A stretch of DNA of 64,000 nt, taken from a virus. Taxonomy: Duplodnaviria; Heunggongvirae; Uroviricota; Caudoviricetes. Below the pieces are notes generated by a model. The model made no database searches and had not been told where the DNA came from. It saw only the letters and a list, made by a program, of their open reading frames with translations. Shown one piece after another: positions 29,165 to 39,348 of this stretch. Made by a program: the position numbers and the translations under genes. The DNA lies in the IMG/VR virus record IMGVR_UViG_3300031994_000051, positions 1 to 64,000 of that record; one strand, written 5' to 3'. The first letter of the stretch is position 1. Every line of letters starts with the position of its first letter.

Positions 29165-31249
29165 ATGTTTACATCAACAAGTGCAGTAATTCTCACAGTT
29201 TTCGGTGTGTGCGCATTCCTTGCGGTCATCACCATCATCACCCTTCTTGCTCGTTACCGTAGAGCGGCACCTGATGAACTCCTTATCGTTTTCGGTAAAT
29301 CTGGAAAACAAAAGGTTAAAGTTAAAGTTAAGGACAAAGTCAAGGCTAAAGACGCTGATGGAAATGATATCGAGAAGGAAATTGAAAAGGAAATTGAAGT
29401 CGTAGCTCCTTCAAAGATCTTGAATGGTGGAGGAACATTTGTGTGGCCCATTATTCAAGATTATAAGAAGATGTCCATGGCACCTCTTCAAATCAAGGTC
29501 ACAGTGGATGGTATTGACTCAAATGCTATCCCGATGCACCTGCCAGTGGTTTTAACAACGGCAATTAGTCGCGACAAAGAGATTCAACAGAATGCTGCTA
29601 TTCGTTTTTTGAGTGCATCTTCGCAAGAGATTCAGAAGCAGATTTCTGAGATTCTTATCGGTGAAACTCGTGCTATTATGGCGACGATGCTTATTGAGGA
29701 AATTAATGCTGAACGTGGAAAGTTCCTCGGTAAGGTTAGAGGCTCGCTTGAACAGGAACTTGCAAAGGTTGGTTATGATGTAACCAATATTAATATCAGC
29801 GAGATTAAGGATGATGTTGATTATATCACGAACCTTGGTAAAAAGGCCGCAACCAAGGCACAGGCTAACGCTGAGGCTGATATCGCTGAACAAAGAAAAC
29901 AAGGTAATGTGAAGATTGCAGAAACCAAGAAGGAAGAGGCAATCGCAGTAGCAGAAGCCCAGTATAAGCAACAGGTAAAGGTAAATGAGACAAAAAAGAT
30001 GCAGGATGTTGAGGTTGCCAACATTAATCGTGAGAAAGAAATTCAACTCGCTGAGGCAGAGAAGGAACAGGAGTCTGGTATTGCCGAACAGAATGCTGAA
30101 AAGGTTGCTAACATTGCTAATGCGAATGCTGAAGCTGAGTCAAAGAAAGCTGAGGCACAAGCCCGTCAGATTGCCGCTGTAGCTGAAGCGGCAGCAGATG
30201 CTGAGACAAAGAAAGCCGAAGCTGAGTCGCGTCAGGTATCTGCAGTAGCAAAGGCTGAATCACAGGCTGAATCAAATAAGGCTGCAGCCGAAGCTGAAAA
30301 GAAAAAAAACGTGGCACAATCTTTGGCTGATGCAGAAGCTGCAGAAAATGAAGCAATTGCGAAGAAACAAATTCGTATTAATATTGCTAAGCAAGAACAG
30401 GAAGCTGAGACAATTAGGGCTACTCAGGAGAAAGAGGCAAAGGCTGCGCAATACGAGTCCGAGAAACGTCAGAAAAAAGCAGAGCAAGACAAACTCGCTG
30501 GCGTTGCAGAACAAGAGGCTAAGATTGATGTTGCAAGTGCAACAGCAAGGGCTGGTAAGGCAGAGGCAGAAGCTGTTAAGGTAACAGAGACAGCTAAAGT
30601 TGAAGCTGAGATGTCAGTTGCAAAGACTCTTCAGGAGAAACAACTTGAGGTTAATAAGGTTAAGGCTGCAGCTGAAGCGGAGATGCTGAACGCTACAGAG
30701 ATTGTGCCAGCACAAAAGGCAAAGGAAAAATTGGTGATAGAGGCTGAAGCTATTAAGGATAAGGCAATCCTTGAAGCAGAAGCTGAAAAACAGAGAATCT
30801 TAAAGCAGGCCGAAGCTGATGCAAAGGCTGTCCAGATGAAATTGGAAGCAGAGGCTGAAGGTACTCGTCAGAAACTTCTTGCCGAGGCTGAAGGTGCGAA
30901 GGCTCTCGCTCTCGCAAAGGCAGAAGGTATCCAACAGGAAGCCCTAGCCCCAGCCATGGCATTCGAGAGAATGATTCAAGCTGCTGGATCACCTGACATG
31001 GCAGTCCAGTGGAAGATGGCAGATAAGTGGGATGCTATTCTCGGTGCTCAGGCCGCTGCTCTTGAGAGAATCCAACTCGGAAACGTTACGGTATATGGAG
31101 ACTCCAACACTGGAGCGGAATTCGCTAAGAGTTTTATCAAGAACTTCGCTCCTGCGATCGACATGGTTAACGGAGGTATCAAGGACAAGATTGCTTCGCT
31201 GTTCGGAAAGAACCAACCTCAGATCGAGCAAACCAAACCTGAGGAATGA
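29165..31249 (+). CDS. SPFH/band-7 flotillin-like protein (YqiK/FloT-type)
   Basis: N-terminal TM segment, SPFH core, ~350-aa Ala/Glu/Lys coiled-coil repeats, conserved C-terminus. Terminator 31271-31308. Confidence 0.8.
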   Translation: MFTSTSAVILTVFGVCAFLAVITIITLLARYRRAAPDELLIVFGKSGKQKVKVKVKDKVKAKDADGNDIEKEIEKEIEVVAPSKILNGGGTFVWPIIQDYKKMSMAPLQIKVTVDGIDSNAIPMHLPVVLTTAISRDKEIQQNAAIRFLSASSQEIQKQISEILIGETRAIMATMLIEEINAERGKFLGKVRGSLEQELAKVGYDVTNINISEIKDDVDYITNLGKKAATKAQANAEADIAEQRKQGNVKIAETKKEEAIAVAEAQYKQQVKVNETKKMQDVEVANINREKEIQLAEAEKEQESGIAEQNAEKVANIANANAEAESKKAEAQARQIAAVAEAAADAETKKAEAESRQVSAVAKAESQAESNKAAAEAEKKKNVAQSLADAEAAENEAIAKKQIRINIAKQEQEAETIRATQEKEAKAAQYESEKRQKKAEQDKLAGVAEQEAKIDVASATARAGKAEAEAVKVTETAKVEAEMSVAKTLQEKQLEVNKVKAAAEAEMLNATEIVPAQKAKEKLVIEAEAIKDKAILEAEAEKQRILKQAEADAKAVQMKLEAEAEGTRQKLLAEAEGAKALALAKAEGIQQEALAPAMAFERMIQAAGSPDMAVQWKMADKWDAILGAQAAALERIQLGNVTVYGDSNTGAEFAKSFIKNFAPAIDMVNGGIKDKIASLFGKNQPQIEQTKPEE

Positions 31250-31270
31250 TTATCGTCCCATAATCGAGAT

Positions 31271-31308
31271 GAGGGTGTTTCTAGAGAAACACCCTCTTTT
31301 CTTTTTTG
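31271..31308 (+). terminator. intrinsic terminator after flotillin gene
   Basis: gagggtgtttc-tagagaaacaccctc + T-run. Confidence 0.7.
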
Positions 31309-31338
31309 TGTAAACTAAAATCCGTATATTTGCATCAG
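31305..31338 (+). promoter_or_regulatory. class-I promoter
   Basis: TCCGTATATTTGCA at 31321-31334. Confidence 0.5.
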
Positions 31339-31372
31339 GTTTCAACCAAATAACTAAACTAATGTCAAATAA

Positions 31373-32077
31373 ATGAAAACAGGGATGATAGTATACGATA
31401 AAATTGCAAGACACAATTTCCTTTGCGAGGAGTTGTGCAAAAAGCTTGTCGATGCTGGAATCGACATGTCTGACGCTTCATATTACTTGATTAAAGTGGA
31501 TGGTGTTACATATGTTTCACCAATGCCTAATATAGAAATAACAAACAACACGATTGATGGGGATCCTATTCCTACATACACCTTAGCTGACATGATCTAC
31601 AAGATGAATGAATATCCATTTAAAAATGGAAAATCATTCGGACCATTGGGTTTTATGAAAGATGCACCGTTTTATAGTTTTCACTATCACACGTCTAACG
31701 AAATTGACGCGAATGTTGAAGGAGTGTCGAGGACACCGATCGAAGCCGCAGCATATTTGTTGATACAATCCATGAAAAACGGGATAAATGTTAACTTTGA
31801 TATTAGGGGAAATACGATGAATAGTAGTGAAATAGTAAGTTTTGAACAAGCAAAATCTCTTACTTATATTCGTGAGTTTGATACAGTAAGATGCAATGCA
31901 CGATATAATTCGAAGACGAAAGATCTTCATATTCTCCCAGAAGAAGTTAATTGCAGCAATTCGATGACTAAACAATGGAGGGGAGATCATTGGGAATTCG
32001 ATTATTACACCGCTCCAACAAAAGATCAGGCTATTAATTTTCTTATGAGTCTTTTTATGCGTTCTCAAAAATTTTAA
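31373..32077 (+). CDS. hypothetical protein
   Basis: Class-I promoter 31321-31334. Confidence 0.5.
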   Translation: MKTGMIVYDKIARHNFLCEELCKKLVDAGIDMSDASYYLIKVDGVTYVSPMPNIEITNNTIDGDPIPTYTLADMIYKMNEYPFKNGKSFGPLGFMKDAPFYSFHYHTSNEIDANVEGVSRTPIEAAAYLLIQSMKNGINVNFDIRGNTMNSSEIVSFEQAKSLTYIREFDTVRCNARYNSKTKDLHILPEEVNCSNSMTKQWRGDHWEFDYYTAPTKDQAINFLMSLFMRSQKF

Positions 32078-32087
32078 AAATAACAGT

Positions 32088-32636
32088 ATGGATAAAAATA
32101 TAGTTTATGTATCTCCAACAAAAGAATGTTATTCGATCGATGACATCTATGTTACACAATTCAAACCAGTGTTCACTGTTCAGGATGAACGCGGTGAAAG
32201 TATAAGCACGACGCATGACGCTTTTGCTGTTTATCAGAAATCAACAAACAGACCGTTGGACACTTTTAACGGATTCGGTTATGGAACAAAGGAAGAGGCT
32301 GAGAAATCGATCGAAGGAAGGATGGTGGCCATTCTTTCGACAGATGAACCTATTGTAACAGATCATTTCAATTATCAGTCTGTAGAGGAAGTCCCGACTA
32401 TCCTTGAGGAAGACATGGATGCCATGAATAGGAACCTTATCCTGATGAAGCTTGAATACTACAGGTTGTGCCTGTTCAAGGAGAATCATGCCGATTGCGG
32501 AAAAGGCAGGAACCACGGGACGATTGGTGCAGGGTACAGGATTGTTTTCACCTACAATGCCATTGGTAGATCTGTTACAGTTGAATGTCCGTTTTGTGGG
32601 CATAGTGCTGACATTACGGATTATTCCGCTTGGTAG
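32088..32636 (+). CDS. hypothetical protein with C-terminal CPFCGH Zn-ribbon-like motif
   Basis: ORF. Confidence 0.5.
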   Translation: MDKNIVYVSPTKECYSIDDIYVTQFKPVFTVQDERGESISTTHDAFAVYQKSTNRPLDTFNGFGYGTKEEAEKSIEGRMVAILSTDEPIVTDHFNYQSVEEVPTILEEDMDAMNRNLILMKLEYYRLCLFKENHADCGKGRNHGTIGAGYRIVFTYNAIGRSVTVECPFCGHSADITDYSAW

Positions 32637-32639
32637 TAG

Positions 32640-32676
32640 TTTCTTTATAAAGGTATAATCCGTATATTTGCACACA
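32640..32676 (+). promoter_or_regulatory. class-I promoter
   Basis: TCCGTATATTTGCA at 32659-32672. Confidence 0.5.
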
Positions 32677-32695
32677 CAATAAAAAAGATAAATCT

Positions 32696-33088
32696 ATGTC
32701 AAAGTCACAAATTCTAACAGATGATGGGAAGCATGTCAGAATCTTGACAAATGTCCAGATTGACAAGAATCTTCCGAAATACAAGAAAGCCGAGGAAAGG
32801 AATGCATCAGACGAACGTTATCAGATGAGCTACGCAAACATGAACAATCCTTATCTAATCAAAGAGATGAGGGATACAATGACTTATGCTAACCTGAAGA
32901 GGATTGTTAACGAGAAAAATTCGGATATAGAAGATTTTAATCTTACCGTAACAGATAGTGTAAACGAAATTATCAAACAGACTTCTATGAATGGATTCAC
33001 GTTTGCACAATCAGAAAACTCTGTGATTAGTATACCTGTATACAGAAATGGTTCAAAAAGTTTTAAATTGTTATCTGCAATAAGGTAG
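32696..33088 (+). CDS. hypothetical protein
   Basis: Class-I promoter 32659-32672. Confidence 0.45.
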   Translation: MSKSQILTDDGKHVRILTNVQIDKNLPKYKKAEERNASDERYQMSYANMNNPYLIKEMRDTMTYANLKRIVNEKNSDIEDFNLTVTDSVNEIIKQTSMNGFTFAQSENSVISIPVYRNGSKSFKLLSAIR

Positions 33089-33127
33089 TGGATTGCTGAC
33101 AAATTTGGAAAAAAACATCAAAAAGAA

Positions 33128-33763
33128 TTGAACAATGAACAAAAAGATAACGAAAAAAAGTTCGATGTTCTTGCGTTTTTTTCAGATATTCACGATCTAC
33201 TTGATGACGAACAATCTAAGGTTTATATCAACAGGGTCTCAGACATCATCGAATGTATCGGTCTTGCAGAGATTTCGGGACAGATTGCATATAAGGAGAA
33301 ACTCATGCGTATGCTAGTAATCAACAAACTTGAGTCAATCTTATATGCAAAGGGCATGTACAAGGTCCTGAACGAGAAAGCTATCATCAAACTGTGCAAA
33401 AATAGTCCAAGGGCCTTACGTTTAGACTATATATCCAATTTCACAAGGACAATCCCTATCGATGTCATTCGCAAGAAGGTTTCCGTCGACAAGATGCAGA
33501 TTTTTGATAACTATGCAATCCTCCATTTCGATCCAGATGGAACTGGAATCGAAAAAACAGATAAAGAAAAGAAAAAAGAGATTGACGCGAAGCGTGATCC
33601 AATTATGTTCGGTTTGATAGCTGGTTCCAACAAGTTGTACTTCATTTCTGACTGGATTGACGATAAGTGCGATCTCACTCTGGATAAGGTGATAGAATTG
33701 ACAAGCAAGGAGATTGTTGAATCTGGTTTCTTAAAGGAAGATGCTGAAATCGAGCAATCATAG
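33128..33763 (+). CDS. hypothetical protein
   Basis: ORF. Confidence 0.5.
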   Translation: MNNEQKDNEKKFDVLAFFSDIHDLLDDEQSKVYINRVSDIIECIGLAEISGQIAYKEKLMRMLVINKLESILYAKGMYKVLNEKAIIKLCKNSPRALRLDYISNFTRTIPIDVIRKKVSVDKMQIFDNYAILHFDPDGTGIEKTDKEKKKEIDAKRDPIMFGLIAGSNKLYFISDWIDDKCDLTLDKVIELTSKEIVESGFLKEDAEIEQS

Positions 33764-33994
33764 TGAACTGTGCAAACTGTCAATCTCAGGTGATGGATAC
33801 TGTTGCTGTAATTGCAGATATAGGGCCGTGCTTGAGGTTGACAGTTTTCCTATGGGATATTATTGTACATGTCCAGAGTTTACACATACTGTGCAGTTTA
33901 TAGGATTCACTGGACATTCAATGTGTGAATGCCATCAACATGTTGATGATTTAGAAATAAGAATAACTAATTGAAAAAGAAATAACTTATTATC

Positions 33995-34492
33995 ATGGAA
34001 GATAACAATATGTCATTAAAGGAAAGATTCCTTGAACTTGTTGAAGATTATGTCGATGGGACAAAGTCTGTAAAGAAAATGGTGGAAAAAGAACTCATCA
34101 AGATATGCGAACCGATCATCAGACTAAGGTATGGGATAGCGAAAAAATACAATCAGGAACTTGTGGAGATCGGACACGACTACGATCCATCATCTGGACA
34201 GATCGAACGTGTCTATGAAATAAAGGAGCCTACATCAACCAACCCGAAGATCGTGTTCAAGTACAGGGATCTCTACGAAGATGAGCATAGTAATGTCACG
34301 GAATATAAGGCTTATATAGAATTTCCATCATCTTGGTTGGAATCAGATGATGCATTAAATTTTGAGAAATTTTGCAGGCAAAAGAAAATCGACTATTTAA
34401 AAATAGCTATTTCTTACCAGAGACATCAAGTCGAAGATATGGAAAAGGAACTGGCTGAACTTCTCGTAGAAGGTAATGAAGACATTAATTGA
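33995..34492 (+). CDS. hypothetical protein
   Basis: ORF. Confidence 0.45.
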   Translation: MEDNNMSLKERFLELVEDYVDGTKSVKKMVEKELIKICEPIIRLRYGIAKKYNQELVEIGHDYDPSSGQIERVYEIKEPTSTNPKIVFKYRDLYEDEHSNVTEYKAYIEFPSSWLESDDALNFEKFCRQKKIDYLKIAISYQRHQVEDMEKELAELLVEGNEDIN

Positions 34493-34688
34493 AATCGTTT
34501 TTGCTATTATCTTAATCGTTGTTTTCTTCGTATATAAAGATCGAATTTTTAAAAGGCTCCATATATGTCCACATAAGGCCGTAAACATAATTTATGAAGA
34601 GGCGATAATAGATGGAGAACATCATACGTTTAGGCACTATGTGTGCTTTGATTGCAACAAGACTATCAAGATAGAAAAATTACAATAA
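34476..34688 (+). CDS. small membrane protein
   Basis: TM helix plus CxxC. Confidence 0.3.
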   Translation: MKTLIEIVFAIILIVVFFVYKDRIFKRLHICPHKAVNIIYEEAIIDGEHHTFRHYVCFDCNKTIKIEKLQ

Positions 34689-34706
34689 TTCTGAAAAATC
34701 AACATC

Positions 34707-35204
34707 ATGGCAACAATTCCTAGAAGATTTTACCAGCATATCGATCCACGTTGGAAACTTTTGACAGAGATAAAGTTTATCGATTCTATAGATAAGTATA
34801 CGGATGGAATTGTTCCAGCGATCGTTCCTGTCCAGTTTTGTAAAGGAATTGGATATCCAATCGAAACCCTTGCTGTATTGTGTGATGTTGCAATGAACAG
34901 CGATGGATCGTTCGCCGTCCGAATGAACAGGAATTTCTGCTGGACAAAGGAGATGGGTCGATATGGAGAACATGATTGGCGTGTTTATCCGTCTGATAAT
35001 TTTCCAGAACTATATGACATTGACTGCATATCACTTGAAAGTAGATTAGTTATGGCTTTGGGTGTATCGTGGAATATGGAAACTATGGAGATGCGAGACA
35101 TGGACTATTCACTTACAACATATGATCTTTATGAAAGGAACAGACTGAGGGAAAGTTTCTCTATGGATCCATTTGTCGAAAACAAAGAAGCGAAGGATTT
35201 TTAA
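34707..35204 (+). CDS. hypothetical protein
   Basis: Terminator 35187-35220. Confidence 0.45.
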   Translation: MATIPRRFYQHIDPRWKLLTEIKFIDSIDKYTDGIVPAIVPVQFCKGIGYPIETLAVLCDVAMNSDGSFAVRMNRNFCWTKEMGRYGEHDWRVYPSDNFPELYDIDCISLESRLVMALGVSWNMETMEMRDMDYSLTTYDLYERNRLRESFSMDPFVENKEAKDF

Positions 35205-35214
35205 GTCCTTCGCT

Positions 35215-35250
35215 TTTTTGTGTCTTTTTTATTCCGTATATTTGCATAGT
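35215..35250 (+). promoter_or_regulatory. class-I promoter
   Basis: TTCCGTATATTTGCA at 35232-35246. Confidence 0.5.
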
Positions 35251-35265
35251 AAAAAGATTGTTCAT

Positions 35266-35559
35266 ATGAATAATAAGACAGAAGAACTTTTAGAAGTCGC
35301 TGACGTGTATGCTGCTAGGCATAATCCATCTGATATGTATTACACAAAAGATGGAGTTCCTACAGGTATTGGAGTAGAATTGTCAGATGCTGTGGTCTTT
35401 GGTGCGAGATGGATGGAGAAGAAGATCCTCGATAGATCCATGGACGAAGGGACTCTGGTTGATTGGTATATAAGTTCGATCGACGAAACTATTCCTCCGA
35501 TATGGACGCCAGAACATATTTCAGAACTTTTGAAAGATTTCTATGTTATACCAAAATAA
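35266..35559 (+). CDS. hypothetical protein
   Basis: First ATG after class-I promoter 35232-35246. Confidence 0.45.
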   Translation: MNNKTEELLEVADVYAARHNPSDMYYTKDGVPTGIGVELSDAVVFGARWMEKKILDRSMDEGTLVDWYISSIDETIPPIWTPEHISELLKDFYVIPK

Positions 35560-35567
35560 TAACGACA

Positions 35568-36293
35568 ATGACTGATTCAGAGAAAAATTTATATGTCAGC
35601 AACAAGTTTCTGACTTGCATGGTTGATTTCGGAGACTTCAAGAAGGGAGAGAACTATTGGCTCGAATATGTCGGAGACGACACTTATGTCGTCAGAAGCG
35701 AAGATCTCCTTATTAACATGAAAACCGTGATTAAACCATATCAGCTTTTATATTTCATTTATATCCCGTATGGAGACAAGGGGTATACGAAAAGATTGGT
35801 AGAATGGCTTTCGCGTTGCTTTTATAGTGTAAGGACGTGGGGTCTCCTTGGCAACGAATCTAATGAACAATTTTGCACAAGAGAGGCTATATTGGCTTTT
35901 AATGAACTAAATGGACTATTATGTTCTGGCAAGAATATGATCGACATGTCGAGATGCCCTAAAGAAGATACTATTCCTTGGGAATGGCATTCTCCAGACG
36001 GAAAGGTTTTCGCAACAACATCAGGTTTCCATAATCCAAAAGGATTATACATACTCGCGGAGATTGCAGAAAACGAATATGAAGGATATTATGTCACACA
36101 TGGTGATAATAAAATCCTGATCAATAAAGATGGGTCTACCGATCCATGGGAATCTGAGAAGATCGGAGACACAAATTGTGATAACATAATGGAACAAATA
36201 TTAAGAATCAATGAAATTAGAAATAGAAAATCTAACGAACAATATGCAAATGTGATGGGACAAATTGTAAAAATTCAGAAACATGAAAACTAA
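35568..36293 (+). CDS. hypothetical protein
   Basis: Start chosen after upstream stop (MTDSEKN). Confidence 0.5.
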   Translation: MTDSEKNLYVSNKFLTCMVDFGDFKKGENYWLEYVGDDTYVVRSEDLLINMKTVIKPYQLLYFIYIPYGDKGYTKRLVEWLSRCFYSVRTWGLLGNESNEQFCTREAILAFNELNGLLCSGKNMIDMSRCPKEDTIPWEWHSPDGKVFATTSGFHNPKGLYILAEIAENEYEGYYVTHGDNKILINKDGSTDPWESEKIGDTNCDNIMEQILRINEIRNRKSNEQYANVMGQIVKIQKHEN

Positions 36294-36513
36294 GTTTATA
36301 TTAATCATTATTTTATTGTTGGTGGTTCTGTCGTCATGCCAAGTTCCTATCGAAAATTACAAGGGATCGATCGTCATTGATAAAGAAGGGAAAACGCCTT
36401 CTGGATATAAAATTGTAATACAAATAAACAAAAAGTATGGAGCTATTGATAGAACCATATATGTTTACAAATATGATTATGAACGATTCAAGGTAGGAGA
36501 TACAATAAAATGA
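36283..36513 (+). CDS. small lipoprotein (lipobox LSSC)
   Basis: MKTKFILIIILLLVVLSSCQ. A further 51-codon ORF follows with ATGA overlap (36510-36665). Confidence 0.45.
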   Translation: MKTKFILIIILLLVVLSSCQVPIENYKGSIVIDKEGKTPSGYKIVIQINKKYGAIDRTIYVYKYDYERFKVGDTIK

Positions 36514-36678
36514 GAGTGGAAGATTTATCTGACGTTAAAGATAAGTTCAACGAGGATTACGATGCAGAGATCATATCTTGTTCTGTTGTAGTCAAAACGA
36601 AATCTGGTGATATACATTCGTATTCCCTCGATCAATATGGTGGTTTTAACCAAGTTTATCCATAAAATTGATTTTTTT

Positions 36679-36712
36679 CTTGCGTCGTATCGATCTTTTT
36701 CGTATCTTTGCC
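36679..36712 (+). promoter_or_regulatory. class-II-like promoter inside region 2
   Basis: cttgcgtcgtatcgatctttttcgtatctttgcc. Confidence 0.5.
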
Positions 36713-36731
36713 GCGTAAAAAATAAAATGAA

Positions 36732-37181
36732 ATGAAAGCTAAAGTTATCGAAACTGGAGAAATCGTAGATGTTTTCGCGTATCCTACGATATATCAAGAA
36801 GATGGTCAAGGCCCTGATAGAAGGGAATGGTATGATGACGAATTGGAAATCATACGTCCGTCTATTAAGGATTCCAAAAATAATATCGCAAAAGAATTGG
36901 TTAGGTATCTTCCATATTGCGATGACATATCAAAAGATACTAAAGAAAGATGGATTTCTTGGCTCAAAACCCAAGACGATCAAAATCCTGCAGACATTAA
37001 GCCACATTGTCCGAACGGGAGTATTCCTTACGACAGAGGGTTTGAAGAAGCTCAGGAATATCTAAGCGAAAGGGGTTTTGACATTCCTTGGAACGATTGT
37101 GATGTTTTCGTTGATACGAGGTACGTCACACAAACTATCGCTAATGTGCTAACATGGGCGGACGAACATCCAAAAATATAA
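36732..37181 (+). CDS. hypothetical protein
   Basis: Class-II-like promoter 36679-36712. Confidence 0.5.
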   Translation: MKAKVIETGEIVDVFAYPTIYQEDGQGPDRREWYDDELEIIRPSIKDSKNNIAKELVRYLPYCDDISKDTKERWISWLKTQDDQNPADIKPHCPNGSIPYDRGFEEAQEYLSERGFDIPWNDCDVFVDTRYVTQTIANVLTWADEHPKI

Positions 37182-37182
37182 T

Positions 37183-37440
37183 ATGAATAAGGAAGATATA
37201 CACGATCTGAACGGTAAGACACCATCGATCGGGGACATGATAGCTGTTTCCGTAGGATGGATGACCAACGATTCTTATATAGCAATAGCCACTGTGGATT
37301 CTTTCACAGAAACACCAAAGACAGTGACAATGAATTTCTCCATATCAAAGTCTGGACTTGGAGGATATGGGGATTATGGAACAATTCGTAAGTCTTCTTT
37401 AAGGTTCCCATCAAAGCACACAAAATTTATAATCTTATAG
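37183..37440 (+). CDS. hypothetical protein
   Basis: Tightly packed ORF. Confidence 0.4.
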   Translation: MNKEDIHDLNGKTPSIGDMIAVSVGWMTNDSYIAIATVDSFTETPKTVTMNFSISKSGLGGYGDYGTIRKSSLRFPSKHTKFIIL

Positions 37441-37442
37441 AA

Positions 37443-37907
37443 ATGGAATCAAAAGAACAAATTCAGTCATGTGAAGAGTATAAGATCTACAAAAAAAGGA
37501 TCGAAGATGCGGCCAAGAGGTATTCGTGGTCACACGACACGATCGGTGTGGACAAGGAAACTTTCGAAACAGAATCATTCAAGGGTAGACATATAAATGT
37601 AAAAAATGAAGTTAGGATTCCAGTTTTCCATGAGATGGAAGTTGCAGTCAAGTTCGGTGCAAACTTTATCATCAGGAATATGTGGATTTCCGTTGATGAA
37701 GATCTTCCTCCATATGATAAATCTGTTATAGCTATTGAATATGATTCAGATCTTCCATGGGAAGAACAACGAATATTGTTCGCTCACAGGAGCGAAAATC
37801 CAGATGTCGTCACAGACAATAATAAGTTCTGTGTCTATCCTCCAGCGATCATGAAAATAACACATTGGATTCCAGTTCCTTATCTGGAAAAGAATCAGAA
37901 CAACTAA
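37443..37907 (+). CDS. hypothetical protein
   Basis: Tightly packed ORF. Confidence 0.5.
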   Translation: MESKEQIQSCEEYKIYKKRIEDAAKRYSWSHDTIGVDKETFETESFKGRHINVKNEVRIPVFHEMEVAVKFGANFIIRNMWISVDEDLPPYDKSVIAIEYDSDLPWEEQRILFAHRSENPDVVTDNNKFCVYPPAIMKITHWIPVPYLEKNQNN

Positions 37908-37917
37908 ACGTCACAAA

Positions 37918-38307
37918 ATGTCAGTACAATATTTAGGTTGGACAACAATTAAGCAGACGGAGAGTCTCTTGAACGCTGGACTCGATCCAGATACAGCTGA
38001 TATGTATATACCGCAAGATGACAGCACTCCTGTAGTAATCGATTTTTCTCTTAAAGAACACCATGCATATTATCCATGCTGGTCCTTGGGAAAGCTTATT
38101 AGTTTGATTCCAGACTATATTTGGAACGAGAATGGATATGATATGTTCTTCCATTTGCAGAACAACTATATCAATTACGAACATTTTGTAAAGGAAAAGG
38201 ATTTTTATGTCAACGACTTCATTTCTGCTGGTAAAGGGATTGTCCAGAATGTTATAGATACTATAATTTGGTTATTAAAGGAAGGCTATATTAAGAAAGG
38301 ACATTAA
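37918..38307 (+). CDS. hypothetical protein
   Basis: Tightly packed ORF. Confidence 0.45.
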   Translation: MSVQYLGWTTIKQTESLLNAGLDPDTADMYIPQDDSTPVVIDFSLKEHHAYYPCWSLGKLISLIPDYIWNENGYDMFFHLQNNYINYEHFVKEKDFYVNDFISAGKGIVQNVIDTIIWLLKEGYIKKGH

Positions 38308-38308
38308 C

Positions 38309-38560
38309 ATGAGAAGATATATAGACGAATATTATGAGTTGCCAATATATCAAAGATATTCAGTAACACCAGAAAAAATAAAGGAGATTGTCGTTAAGAT
38401 GCATGACGAAGGATCTTCAACAGAAGCAATAGTTGAGCATCTACAAGAAGAACTATATCTTTTCTTGGACGATGAAGAAACTTCTTGGGAAGCAACCGTT
38501 GTGAACAATATAATAGAAAATAAGCCCGTATTGAACAGATTCACAAACATAGAATTTTGA
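38309..38560 (+). CDS. hypothetical protein
   Basis: Tightly packed ORF. Confidence 0.4.
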   Translation: MRRYIDEYYELPIYQRYSVTPEKIKEIVVKMHDEGSSTEAIVEHLQEELYLFLDDEETSWEATVVNNIIENKPVLNRFTNIEF

Positions 38561-38877
38561 AAATGACAACACAGAAAAAGAAAGAGATCGAGCTTGAAAC
38601 CGCCAGCTGGTTCGTGAACCTCTCTGGCATATTCGGCCACCATTACTTCTTCCTGTATGACGAGTGGAAGAAGGTCCCAGGGTTCCACGAGACCGACGCT
38701 GCACAAATTATTGCAGCTTTCCTGCATTACTGGTTCCATAACAAAACTGGATACTTCACTTGTCCGATCGGTGCTTCGTGGTTCCACGAGTGTGACGAGG
38801 AGTCATACAATGCATATATCTCTCAGTATATGCCAGTTATCAGTGCATACGAGGATTGGAGCGAGAGACAGAGGTAA
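38557..38877 (+). CDS. hypothetical protein
   Basis: ATGA overlap with upstream. Confidence 0.45.
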   Translation: MKMTTQKKKEIELETASWFVNLSGIFGHHYFFLYDEWKKVPGFHETDAAQIIAAFLHYWFHNKTGYFTCPIGASWFHECDEESYNAYISQYMPVISAYEDWSERQR

Positions 38878-38898
38878 CAAACATCAACAACAAAGGAA

Positions 38899-39252
38899 AT
38901 GACACAGGAGCAAATCACACAGAAGGCTTTAGAAGTCTATCCTATTAGCAATGTCCGTAACACACTTGGGTACATATACGACGAAAACCGTGACAAAAGG
39001 GAAGGATATATCCAAGCATTAACCGAGATCGAGTCGATGCCGAGTGTCAAAGGATGGCTGGTGAGGGATTGGATTGGAAATTTTCTATGTTTTTTCAGAA
39101 AAGGAAAGCCAATCACCAAGAGAGAAGGAAGATGGGAAGATAATGATGGACAAACTGGGGAGATATTGGGTGCCTATTATTCTGACAAAATAGATGACTT
39201 GACATGGAATTCAGAACCAGTCGATGCAGAAATCATAATTCGTACAATATAA
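38899..39252 (+). CDS. hypothetical protein
   Basis: ORF. Confidence 0.45.
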   Translation: MTQEQITQKALEVYPISNVRNTLGYIYDENRDKREGYIQALTEIESMPSVKGWLVRDWIGNFLCFFRKGKPITKREGRWEDNDGQTGEILGAYYSDKIDDLTWNSEPVDAEIIIRTI

Positions 39253-39348
39253 TGCCGATAGACTATAAATCATATTTCCAGTCAAAAGAAACAGAAAGGT
39301 GGTTGATCGCAGTTCTGAACGATCCATATGATAACAGCTATATAAAAA

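Noticed and set aside
29552-30584. Antisense and alternative-frame ORFs inside the flotillin coiled-coil region (29552..30046, 29821..30024, 30117..30356, 30272..30514, 30330..30584)
   Set aside because: Low-complexity GCT/GAA repeats keep several frames open; the sense-frame SPFH/flotillin call explains the region
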